This document shows positions 1 to 12,300 of a DNA stretch of 26,457 nucleotides, one piece after another. Position 1 is the stretch's first letter. Each line of letters starts with the position of its first letter. The notes beneath the pieces are model-generated. The model was not told the origin of the DNA. It ran no database searches and saw only the letters and a list, made by a program, of their open reading frames with translations. A program made the translations under genes and the position numbers. This DNA is from a virus (Duplodnaviria; Caudoviricetes). The stretch lies in the IMG/VR virus record IMGVR_UViG_3300009507_000100, positions 1 to 26,457 of that record; one strand, 5' to 3'.

Positions 1-1
1 A

Positions 2-3000
2 CGCACAATGATTAATTATCTGCGTCAAAACTATCCAGAAGATTTTAACGATTACATTGAATCAAGTGAATATCTTGCGCTGATTGATATGATTGCTTTC
101 CTTGGGCAAAACTTATCATTCCGCATTGATTTAAACGCTCGTGAAAACTTCCTTGAAACAGCAGAGCGCAGAGAAAGTGTATTACGTCTAGCACGTATGC
201 TGTCTTACAATCCAAGACGTAATCAAGCAGCTAACGGCTTGCTTAAATTTGATACAATTAAAACAACTGAAAATCTTTTAGATAGTAACGGTTTAAACAT
301 GGCAGGCATTACTGTTAAGTGGAATGACCAAACTAACTCAAATTACTTTGAACAGTTTACTAAAATTTTAAATTCAGCATTGCCATTATCTAACTCAATC
401 GGTAATCCGTTAAAGAGTTCGTTGATTGCAGATGTGCAAACACAAAAATATCGCTTAAATGCTACAAACACTGGACAAGCAATTTATCCATTTACTAAGC
501 GCATTGAAGGTGTGAGTACACGCTTTGAAATTGTAAGTTCGGATATTTTAGATCAAACTATTTTGGAAGAAGCACCGTTGCCAGGCAACAGTCCTGCATT
601 TTTGTTTAGAGATGATGGCCAAGGAGCAGGATCGAATAATACTGGATTCTTTATGCACTTCCGCCAAGGTAAACTTGAGACAGGAAACTTTACAGTAAGT
701 AACCCGACGCCAAATCAAGCAGTACAAATTGATGCTGAAAATATTAACGACAGTGATGTATGGTTATTTGCATTAAACAGTGCAGGCTTTGAAAGCAACG
801 AATGGCAAAAGATTGACTCGACAGAAGGCAATAATGTTATCTATAATAGCTTGTTCAACAAAACTAGAGATGTATTTGCTGTGACAACTAGAATTGGCGA
901 CAGAATTAATTTAAACTTTAGTGATGGTGTATTTGGTAACTTACCTGCTGGAAACTTCAAGACATATTATAGAACTAGCAATAATAGACGTAGTGTAATT
1001 ACTCCTAGTGCAATAAGCACAGTAAGTATAGAAATCCCGTACCAATCAAAAAACGGAACTAGCCATATACTTACAATTGGACTTAAATTAAATTATACAA
1101 TTAGCAACAGTTCAGAATCAGAAACCGATACAGAAATTAAACAAAATGCTCCAGCAACCTATTATACACAAAATAGATTAATTACAGGAGAAGATTATAA
1201 TATCGGTCCTCTTGCAATTAGTCAAGATATTATCAAGACTAAAAGTTCAAACAGGATTAGTAGCGGCATAAGTCGTTTCTTTGACTTGAAGGATGCCAGC
1301 GGAAAATATTCAAACACAAGTCTTTTTTCAGACGATGGTGTAATTTACAAAGAAGAATTTACAGAAAAGCAGTCATTTACGTTTGCAACACAAACTGACA
1401 TCGAAGGCGTTATATATAATACTATTGAAGGCATATTAGGAAGTAGCAACGCCCAAAGCTTTTATCTTGCAAAATATCCAAAAATCATTGTTAGTGATCT
1501 TAATGCATCGTGGACACAGTCAAGTACAAGTACTAATCAGACATTAGGATTATTTAATGATGTAGACGGAAACTCATATACAGTAGGAACGTTTACTGCT
1601 AATAGTTTAAGATTATTAGAAGCAGGCACACTATTAAAATTTGTAGCACCGGCTGGGAAACACTTTATGCCCGACGGAACACTAATGGATGACGGAGATT
1701 CTGATCACCTAGGTAAAACTACATATAAATGGTGTAAAGTTGTGTCTGTTGTAGGTAATGGAACAGTAATTAACGAAGACGGTATTGCTCCTATAAAATT
1801 AAATGATGTTATCCCAACTGGCGCAATTTTAGAACAAGTTATACCTAATTTTTCTAAAGTATTAATTAATGATATAAAAACACAATTAATTGATCAAGCA
1901 TTTGAATACAAAGATTTCGCTTTACGTTATGACCAATACAACAGACAGTGGAAGATTGTACTAGCTGAAGACATTAATACTCTTGGCGACTTTGCTACTG
2001 GTAAAGCAGGAGACATAACAGGTGAAAATTTAGATGCAAGTTGGATGCTTTACTTTAAAACAGATGGCGAAAAGTACACAATTACATACCGCAATTTGCG
2101 CTATGTAATGGAAAGTGCAGATGAAATTAGATTCTTCTTTGATGCTGCTGATAAAATTTATGACCCTTCAACAGGGCAAGTTGTTAGAGATAAGATTGAC
2201 ATCTTAAATATTAATCGCCAACCAGGCGAACTAACTCCATTTACTAGAGATTTTAATTGGACAATTACTGATGCATACAGAGATGCTGAAGGATACTTAG
2301 ACAGCAGAAAAATCCAAGTTCAATTTATTGACTTAGACGACGATGGAGTTGTAGACGATCCTGACATCTTTGAACAAATTGTTGGCGAAGAAAATACTGC
2401 AATTGCAACAGCAGATAAAATTATATTTCAAAAGAAATATACTACAACTGATGGCGTAGAAGACTTTAAGTATTTTGCAAACACAAATGCTGAAATTATT
2501 GTAGTACAAAATGAAACAGTAATTGCGCCGTATAGTACACGATTAGAAGGACAAATTTTTTATCTAATCGATGAAGGTATTTTTAGAAAGCTTAATAAAT
2601 CATTAAACAATACTACAATTAATACAGACTATAAATCATATTTTGGCCGTGCAGATTTAAAGTTCCATTACATCCATGTTGCAGACAGTGGATATAGAAT
2701 TGACCCAAGTGCAAGCAATATTATTGATACGTATATATTATCAAAGTCATATGATACACAAGTAAAACAATTTATTGCAGGCTCTCGAGCAGTTAGACCA
2801 ATGCCGCCTAGCAATGACGAATTGTTTAGAAGTTATGGCGGCGAAATAAACAAAATAAAAAGTATTAGCGATGAAGTAATTTATCATCCTGCAAAATATA
2901 AAATACTATTTGGCGATAAAGCAGCTCCTGATCTACAAGTTAAATTTAAGATTGTTAAAAATGCTAGCATAGTTATTAATGACAACGAACTTAAATCAAA

Positions 3001-3373
3001 CATAATCGAAGCTATTAATAAGTTCTTTGATATTGAAAATTGGGACTTTGGTGAAACGTTTTACTTCCAAGAACTTAGTGCCTATATTATAAACCAGCTG
3101 TCTCCAAAACTGGTAAGTATACTAATAGTACCGCGCCAAACTACACAATCGTTTGGTAGCCTATTTGAAATAAAGAGTGAGCCAGATGAAATATTTGCAA
3201 GTGCAGCTAAGGTGAGTGACATCGAAACAATTGATCAACTAACAGCAACTAATCTACAAGCTAGCGGTGCAGTAATTAACAGTGTATCGACTGGTATAAC
3301 ATCAGGAATATCGAGCAGTGTATCAACACCAACAACTAATACAAATACAACAGGCGGAGGCTACAGTTACTAA
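2..3373 (+). CDS. gp6: Baseplate wedge subunit, T4 gp6-like, enlarged (>1121 aa); 5'-partial
   Basis: The N-terminal FNDYIESSEYLALIDMIAF...ENFLETAERRESVLRLARMLSYNP and the internal FSDGVFGNLP and SETDTEIKQNAPATYYTQNRLITGEDY match the gp6/baseplate-J signature motifs. The frame is open from base 2 (cgc aca atg), so the true start is probably upstream of the window and the ATG at 8 may be internal. Confidence 0.9.
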   Translation, partial: RTMINYLRQNYPEDFNDYIESSEYLALIDMIAFLGQNLSFRIDLNARENFLETAERRESVLRLARMLSYNPRRNQAANGLLKFDTIKTTENLLDSNGLNMAGITVKWNDQTNSNYFEQFTKILNSALPLSNSIGNPLKSSLIADVQTQKYRLNATNTGQAIYPFTKRIEGVSTRFEIVSSDILDQTILEEAPLPGNSPAFLFRDDGQGAGSNNTGFFMHFRQGKLETGNFTVSNPTPNQAVQIDAENINDSDVWLFALNSAGFESNEWQKIDSTEGNNVIYNSLFNKTRDVFAVTTRIGDRINLNFSDGVFGNLPAGNFKTYYRTSNNRRSVITPSAISTVSIEIPYQSKNGTSHILTIGLKLNYTISNSSESETDTEIKQNAPATYYTQNRLITGEDYNIGPLAISQDIIKTKSSNRISSGISRFFDLKDASGKYSNTSLFSDDGVIYKEEFTEKQSFTFATQTDIEGVIYNTIEGILGSSNAQSFYLAKYPKIIVSDLNASWTQSSTSTNQTLGLFNDVDGNSYTVGTFTANSLRLLEAGTLLKFVAPAGKHFMPDGTLMDDGDSDHLGKTTYKWCKVVSVVGNGTVINEDGIAPIKLNDVIPTGAILEQVIPNFSKVLINDIKTQLIDQAFEYKDFALRYDQYNRQWKIVLAEDINTLGDFATGKAGDITGENLDASWMLYFKTDGEKYTITYRNLRYVMESADEIRFFFDAADKIYDPSTGQVVRDKIDILNINRQPGELTPFTRDFNWTITDAYRDAEGYLDSRKIQVQFIDLDDDGVVDDPDIFEQIVGEENTAIATADKIIFQKKYTTTDGVEDFKYFANTNAEIIVVQNETVIAPYSTRLEGQIFYLIDEGIFRKLNKSLNNTTINTDYKSYFGRADLKFHYIHVADSGYRIDPSASNIIDTYILSKSYDTQVKQFIAGSRAVRPMPPSNDELFRSYGGEINKIKSISDEVIYHPAKYKILFGDKAAPDLQVKFKIVKNASIVINDNELKSNIIEAINKFFDIENWDFGETFYFQELSAYIINQLSPKLVSILIVPRQTTQSFGSLFEIKSEPDEIFASAAKVSDIETIDQLTATNLQASGAVINSVSTGITSGISSSVSTPTTNTNTTGGGYSY
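3356..3360 (+). promoter_or_regulatory. Shine-Dalgarno GGAGG for the giant gene, embedded in the Gly-Gly-Gly codons of gp6
   Basis: caggcGGAGGctacagttacTAATG; 12-nt spacing, plus a stop/start overlap. Confidence 0.55.
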
Positions 3374-6300
3374 TGGCTAAGAATGATCAAAACGAAAGCG
3401 CACTACCTGTTCCAGGGCAGAATAATAAAATTACTGCAAGTGACTTTTTACCAAAGTTCTTTAGAACACAAGCTAATAAGAAGTTTTTGCAAGGTACACT
3501 TGATCAACTTATACAGCCTGGCGTTGCTGAAAAGATTAATGGTTATTATGGTAGAACAACTGCTAAAGCATACAAAACTACAGACAACTATGTTGACGAT
3601 GTAACATCTGATAGAACTAACTATCAGTTAGAACCTGCAACAGTTATCAAAGACAACTATGACAACGTAACTTTCTACAAAGACTACAACGACTATATGG
3701 GCCAACTCGGCGTATTCGGCGCAAACACAGCTAATCACAGTCGGTTAAACAGCCAGGAAACATATGCTTGGAACCCAAATATTGATTGGGATAAGTTTGT
3801 AAACTTCCGCGAATACTACTGGATGCCTAATGGCCCTATTAGTATTCCTGTAAGAGGACAAAGCAGAGATATTGTTAGTACATATACTGTTACTACAGAA
3901 GACCAAGGCGACAACATTGCTTATGTATTTAATGACGGCTTAACACGCAATCCTAACTTAAAATTATTCCGCGGTCAAACATACCGTTTTGAAATTGATA
4001 CTCCTGGTCATCCAATGGCCATTGCTATTAGCAGAACATTTACTCCAGGAACTGCAATATTAACAGCAGGATCAGAAGGTCTACGTGCTGATGGATTATT
4101 TGATGCAGTATTATACGGTAATGAATATGACCAAGGAGAATATATTGTTCTTCCAAGTGGCGGTAGCGTAACATTTGCAGCCGACGACAATGTTTCTACA
4201 CTATATCCAGACGGAATTCGTAAGTTGGGCGAAGAAGGTGAACAAGTATCAATTGCTTATATTGAAAAAGGTACAATTGAATTTACTATTCCATTAAATG
4301 CGCCTGACAGATTATATTATATTAGTAAAAATGCAGTAGATACCAGCGGTTTATTTAGAATTTATGATATTGAAGAAAACGCCTTCCTTAATGTACAAGA
4401 AGAAATTTTAGGTAAGAAAACATATCTAAGTGCAAATGGTGTTGAATTGTCTAACGGAATGAAGATAAGATTCCAAGGCGACGTTTCACCAATTGAATAT
4501 GATACTAATGATTGGTATGTTGAAGGTGTCGGCGACAAGATTAAATTAATCAAAGATCAAGATTTAATTATCCCAGCAGCATACAGTGATAACGTACAGA
4601 TAGCATTTGATAGTGACAACTTTGATACATTACCTTTTAGTGATGCATCGGCGTATGCAGCAGATAAAGATTATATTGTTGTTAATAGAGCAAGTCCTGA
4701 TAGAAATGCATGGAGTCGTTATAACAGATGGCATCATAAAGATGTAATTTTAAAAAGCTTCAAGTATAATAATTTGCCGCGTGACGTAAATGAATCTAGT
4801 CGTGCAAACCGTCCTATTATAGAGTTTGAAGCAGGCTTAAAACTAGACAATTTTGGAGCATATGCTAAACAAGACGTTGATTTAATCGATACGTATACAA
4901 CTGATGTTTTTAGTATAATCGAAGGACAAACCGGGTACAATATAGACGGAATTAATCTTGCTGATAATATGCGTATCTTATTTACAGCAGATACAGACGT
5001 ATTAGTAAGTGGAAAAATATATCAAGTTAAATTTATTAAAATTGGAAACAACAGACAAATTAGTTTAATTGAAACTACTGATTCTGTACCAATTGATCTC
5101 GAAACTGTATTAGTTACACAAGGTGTAAAAAATGCAGGTAAAAGTTATCACTACCACGGAGAAAAGTGGACAGCAGCACAAGAAAAAACAATACGCAATC
5201 AGCCACCGAGATTTTCTGTTTGTGATGTAAACGGTAATAGTTATAGCGATGAAACATATTATGGTTCGACTACATTTAACGGTACTAAATTATTTTCGTA
5301 TGCAGTAGGAGAAGGTGTTGTAGATACCGAACTAGGATTTGCATTAGATTACAAATCTATTAATAATTCAGGCGACATTGTATTTGACTTTAATTTATTA
5401 AATGATACATTCACTTATCAAACTGATACTGAGTTACTTACACAAGGAATTAGCGGCGGCTATTTAAAAAAGTATACTTCTCTTACAAACTTTTCATATG
5501 TAAACGGATTTAGTAGTACACCTACAATTAGTAAACAATATGTTGTTAAAGAATATGCTGCAACTGATGTACAGGTTAATGGTTTTGAAATTGATGTCTA
5601 CAATAATTCAAGTAGTATTTCTGATTTAAAAGTAGTTGTATTTGTTAATAATAAATTAAAATTAATTAATACTGATTATACAATTGATAAAACTAATACA
5701 AATGCAGTTATTACATTTACAAAAGATTTAATAGCAAATGATGTTATTAAAATTAAAACAGATAGTAAAACTATAAAAAATTCTAACGGTTATTATGAAT
5801 TTCCCTACAATTTAGAACGTAACCCGCTTAACGACGATGTTAATCAATTTACACTTGGCGAAGTTATAGATCATGTTGATAGTATGCTAGAAGATATTCC
5901 AGGATATGCAGGCAACTATTTAGGATCAAGTAATCTACGAGATCTAGGCGATCTTGATAAATTTGGCAAGCGTTTTGTAAAGCATAGCGGCCCAATTAAT
6001 CTACCGTTATTTCACGTAACTAATAAAGATTATAATATTGTTAAAGCATTAAAATATTCTAAGAAGGAATATTCAAGATTTAAGAAAACTTTTTTAGATA
6101 CTGCTAATACCATGGGCTATGACGGTCCTGTTAAAACTCACGTAGATCTTATATTAAGAGAAATAAATGCAGATAAAATAAAGTCACAGCCGTTTTACTT
6201 TTCAGATATGCTTGCTACAGGAGCATCTAATAAAATTGAATATAAAGTATTAGATTCTAGAGTAACAGATTATCCAATTACTGACAATTTTAATCTAACT

Positions 6301-9300
6301 ACACTATCAACTAAAAGTTTAATGGTATATTTAAATGGTCAACAATTAACAAATATTAAAGATTATAATTTTAATCAAACAGGATATATTTCAATTAGTG
6401 CCGGGCAAGTAGAAAATGATGTAATTGAAATACATGAATACGAAACTACTGACGGAAGTTTTGTTGCACCAACACCAACTAAGTTAGGTTTATATCCTAA
6501 GTATTATCCTGAATTAACTATTGATGATGCTGTACTTGCAGCAGAGCCAGATAACACTGGGCCATTTAAAGTATACGGAGAAGATAGTGCAACTAGTACT
6601 AGAGGTTGGTTCTATCCTGTGTACACTACTAAGAGTGCAGCAGGTTTAGGAGCATTATCAAAGTCATATACATTTACAGGAATGAATAAACTGTTTTATA
6701 TTCCTACTACAGATGCAACGCTTGCTGGCAATGATAACATTGAAATTGATGAGTATCCAATTGGTGTTGCATTTATTAGAGGTCACGATGGCAGTTATAT
6801 CAAGGCATATAAAGATTTTAGAGATGAATTATTATTAGAATTAGAAAAAAGAATTTTTAATAATATTAAAGCTGAATATTCAACTGATAGATTAGATATT
6901 AATGCATTTGTAGGTGGCGAATTTAGAACAAATGAATTTACTAAAACTGAAATAGACAACACACTGTTAGGAGATTTCCAACAATGGTTGCAGCAAAACT
7001 TAAATAATACATCTTATACTGAAAATACATTTTATAATAGAAATAATAACTGGACATTTAATTATGCAAACACTACTTCTCCGGACGGAAATACAAATCC
7101 AGGCTTCTGGAGAGGTTTATATGTAACAGCATTTGATACTGATCGTCCACACAGTCATCCTTGGGAAATGTTAGGATTAACAACAAAACCAAGTTGGTGG
7201 AATACTGTTTACGGACCGGCACCTTACACAGGTGACAACTTAGTGCTATGGAGAGACTTAGAAGCCGGTCGTATTGCAGATCCTGAAAATACTAGAATTA
7301 ATTTAAAATATGCCCGTCCTGGATTAACTAGTTTTATTCCGGTTGACAGTACTGGGAAACTATTATCACCATTAGATAGTAAATATGCTAAAGACTTCCA
7401 AATAGCTAGTGCTACGCAAAACTTTAAATTTGGAGACCAAGCACCAATTGAAAATGCTTGGCGCAAAAGTTCTGAGTACCCGTTTGCTGTACTAACTGCA
7501 ATGTTATTAAACAAGCCTGCAAAAACAATGGGACTAGGATTTGATATTTCTAGAATATCTAAGAATCTAGCAAATCAGTGGACAAACGTTGATACAAATT
7601 CTCCAATTGTAATTAAGGATTTAAAATTACCAAATACATTTCAATCAGCTACCCGTACTAATACATCTGGATTAGTAAACTATATCTATAATCTTGTAGC
7701 AAGTGATATTCTAACAGTATACGATGGATATGTAAATGATCTTGCAAGAATTACAAATCAAATAGGTATAAAAATTGCAGGATTTACAAGTAAAGAAAAA
7801 TTTAATTTAATACTCGATAGCAGATCTCCGGTCCAATCTACTACCCAAGGCGGAATTTTTGTCCCCCAAGAAAATTATCAAGTATTCTTGAATACAAGTA
7901 GTCCTGCTGAACTAGTAGTTTATAGTGGTATTATTATTGAAAAAACAGAGCTAGGATATATTGTAAGAGGATATAATTTAGAAAAGCCCTATTTTGAATA
8001 TTATGAACCATTTAATGGTTCATCGGCATCTACTGTTACTGTTGGAGGCATATCAGAAAAGGCAATTCTATGGGACAATAATAAATCTTATATAAGTGGA
8101 GAAGTGTTATTACATAATAATGCATATTATAGAGTTATTACTTCGTTTACTAGTAGTAGAACATTTGACACTGATAATATAGTTAAACTTCCTGCATTGC
8201 CATTAACTGGGGGAAGAGTAGCACAATTTAAGAAAAATTTTGTTACTACTGAAACTAAGACTCTGCAATACGGAAGCCGTTTGGACACAGCACAAGATGT
8301 TGTTGACTTTATATTAGGATATAGTGTAAGACAACAAGAAATTGGATTTAGTTTTGAAAATGTCATTGAAGGCTCTAATGAAGTTGAAAACTGGAATCAA
8401 GCAGCAAAGCAGTTCTTATTCTGGACAACACAAGGATGGGCAAATAGTTCTTTAATTGCAATTAGCCCTGGCGCTAATTTACTCGAGTTTAAGAAAGACT
8501 ATTATATAGTTGATAATATTAAAGATGACTTTTATGGATATAATATTTTTAAAGCTGATGGATTATTCTTAGATTCAGAATTTAATAGTTTACTAAGAGA
8601 TCAAAATAATTTTGGAATTGAAACTATTGGAACTAAAGAAGGATTATATCATATAGCATTGCCGTTAGTACAAAAAGAACATGTTGTGCTAATAGATAAT
8701 ACAACAGATTTTAACGATGCAATATATAATCCAAGCACTGGATACAGACAAGAGCGTATTAAAGTAAATGGTTACAGATCTGACAACTGGAACGGCGGAT
8801 TAAATATTCCAGGATTTGTATATGACGATGCGTCATTTACAGATTGGGAACAGTGGAAAGATTATAGTATCGGCGATATTGTAAAATATAAACAATATTA
8901 TTATGTAGCAACTATTAATGTTACTGGTTCGCAAAACTTTAATTCTAATAACTGGTACCAGCTAAACGAAAAGCCTGTGTCACAGTTAATGACCAACTTT
9001 GATTACAGAGTTACACAGTTTACAGACTTTTATGATTTAGATTCTGACAGCTTTGACAACGAACAGCAAAAAATGGCACAGCATTTGATAGGATATCAAA
9101 AGCGTCAATATCTTGCTAACATTATTAATGATGATGTAAGTCAGTTTAAATTCTACAGAGGTGCAATTGCAGACAAAGGCACAATGAATGTGTTTACTAA
9201 ACTGTTTGATGCACTAGGAAATACAGCTGATAACTTAGAGTTTTACGAAGAGTGGGCAATTCAAGTTGGCCGTTACGGTGCAGTTGATGATGTTCAACAA

Positions 9301-12300
9301 GTTGAATACAACTTAAAGCAAGATAAAATGCAAGAGTCTCCGCAAGCAGTTGAACTTGTAAGTACTTTACCTGCAACTAACTTTGACAAGATTTATAGAA
9401 TACTTCCTAACGAAGTATATGATCGTCCTGCAGATTATGCACATGCACCGTTGCCGACTAAATCGCTAACTAACGAGTATATTAGAACGTCAGGATATGC
9501 GAATGAAGACGATGTAGACTTTATTGTTAATAGTTTCTTAGATTTATCAGCAATAGATAGTAATCAAATTAGATTAGGTGCAACAATATGGGTAACAGAT
9601 ACAGATAATAAATCTTGGACAATTCAACAACTAGTACACGCAAATATAAATGCCATTAATGTAGATACTCTTATTACTGAAGTATCTAATAACAATTTAA
9701 GATTGGTCGAAATTACATTAGACAAATGGGCAAATGGAATACTAGATGTTGGAGATTACATAGGCATTCGAAATGCCCAAGCGTACTCTACTAACGGATT
9801 ATATGAAATTGATAGCATTAATTTAAACACTGTCCGTATAAGAGTTCCGCTAGATAATGAAATAGCAGATTTTGAAGAAGAGAAATTTGCTGTGTCAATT
9901 TTAAGAACTGTAAGAGTAGATGACGTTGCTGGAATTAATAATGCAACAGCACAAGACATATACAATAAACAAAAATTATGGATAGATACATATAATAATG
10001 AATGGGCAGTATTAGAAAACAATCCTGTATATCTAAATTCACAAGAAATTATAAATCCATCAGAGTACGACAGCACAGATCAAGGGTTTAGTAATAGTGT
10101 AGCAGTAACAAAAAATAATACTAATTTGTTTGTATCTTCTGCAAATGATTTAAATGGCAAAATTTCTGTATACAGAAGAACTAGAGAACAGTCTAACTTA
10201 TTATTGGACCAAGAAATTACACTCGACGACGCTGATCGCTGGAAAGAAAATACTAATTATACAGTAGGTATAAAAATAGTATATACTATTAATAGTATTC
10301 CAAGATACTATACATCAGCAGTGCAACACATTAGTTCTGAGTCTTTTGAAAGTGACTTAGCATCTTCAAAATGGACTTTAACAAATAGTCCTGCAGAATT
10401 GTTTGATATTACTAATGCAGACTTTGGTAGAAGTATTGCAGTATCGCCAGACGGCGAATACTTAATTGCAGGCATCCCGCAAGCAAGTAATGTTAAAACT
10501 CGCCTAGCATATAAAACAGATGCAGATACAGGATTAGACACATTTGATTTCCAACCCGATGCAACATATACTAAGAATGACATCGTGCGTTATAGAGAAA
10601 GCTTGTGGAAGGCTAACAGAGAAATTTTACCTGAAATTGCAAACCAGCCATTTAGTACATTTGACACATATGTTAATTTAGTAGCAGCAGCAGATTCTGA
10701 TAGTACAACATTAAATTTATTAGTTGCAGGTGACTCTGGTTTAAACAATAATAACATTACTCATTTGCTAGTACGTGCCCCAAAAGATATGTATATTGGC
10801 ACATCAGCAGGCGACACTGCTAATTTATTCTGGAACAGACGTAGTTATGCATACCCTACGCTAGATGCATATTTGCCTTTTGATGGCACCATACCAGAAA
10901 TAACTCCTGAATGGATAAGTCAAGATCATACTATTAATGAAAAGATTGATCATGTATTGTTTATTGAAACGTTTGTATCATTGCCAATAGTAGGCAGTAT
11001 TGTAACAACTGACACAGGTAGTGCAACAGTAGCATATGTAGGCACACGTAGAGATAGTGCAGTTGTTTACCTTAAAGAAACAAATGGTGTCTTTGCTATT
11101 ACAGGCGAGTTGTTTATCAATGAATTAGATTTTGTAGGATTTTACACAGAAGAATCGACTTATGCTACAAGTGAAGCAATCGGCGGCTACTGGATGATTT
11201 CTGCACCGTCGTATTCGAACAACGGCACTTATTACGATGCAGGAAGAGGTTTAGTATATGCTGACATACGAGCTAATATTGATACTGATCTTGTAACTCC
11301 AGGAATACAATTAAGATCTCTTAATAACTATTATAACATTCAAGATACAGTTGGCGCAATTGGCGTTTTTGTAACTGAAAAAAATCGTGCAAGTTATATT
11401 GAACAATTATCATATCGTGGTGATCCATCGGACGCTGATGCACAAGATGGTAGTGAAAGAGATTTACCGAGCAATAAATGGATAGCCAGAGTGGGTAAAA
11501 CATTTAGTGATACGCTAACAATAGGACAAACACAGGAGTTTCGTTTATATAATCTTGATAATAGAATAATCGACGTTGCAGGTGCAGGATTTACATACGA
11601 CATTCTAAATAAACAACAAACAATAGTTGATTTATGGGATGGATATATTGACTTTACACTAACTGAATTCGACTTTTTAGGGTTTGCTTTCCAGCCACAA
11701 ATAGGCGATGTTGTTGAAGACATACAGATTCCTAACAATGGTCAAGGTGGACTTGCACTAACATCTATTACTACAAGTAGTGCAGAAGTTATGTACCTAA
11801 AACGCAATTTTAATACTGTCAGGATATATTTAAAAGTATTAACAGGCGATTGGTTAGAGCAATCAAATATCGGAAGATTCCAGATACGTAGAAAAGCAAA
11901 TGTTAGTTTACGTGGTGTAGCTGACGCCGATCGTACAATTGGTACTGTAACAGATATAAACAACAGTATTGTATTAGGCAATTCACTAATTGGTAAATTA
12001 GTGGTATTTTCTAATAACATTGTTTTTGACGCAGGACCAACTGCTGGTACACCTAATTTTCCAATTGCTACTACTCCTACTATTGTTGACGAAGAATATT
12101 GGTTCTTTGCTGAAACTAGTGAAGCAGGAATTCAACGGCTACCTAATCCTCCATTTAGTTTAAACAAAGACTATACACAAATTTATAATATCCCTGCTGA
12201 AAAAACAGGAATAGGCTCGAATTTGTCCAACGAAGGTGCAGTTGCAATTTATAGAAGATTAAATGATGGCACTTATAGACTGCAACACACTTTTGCATCA

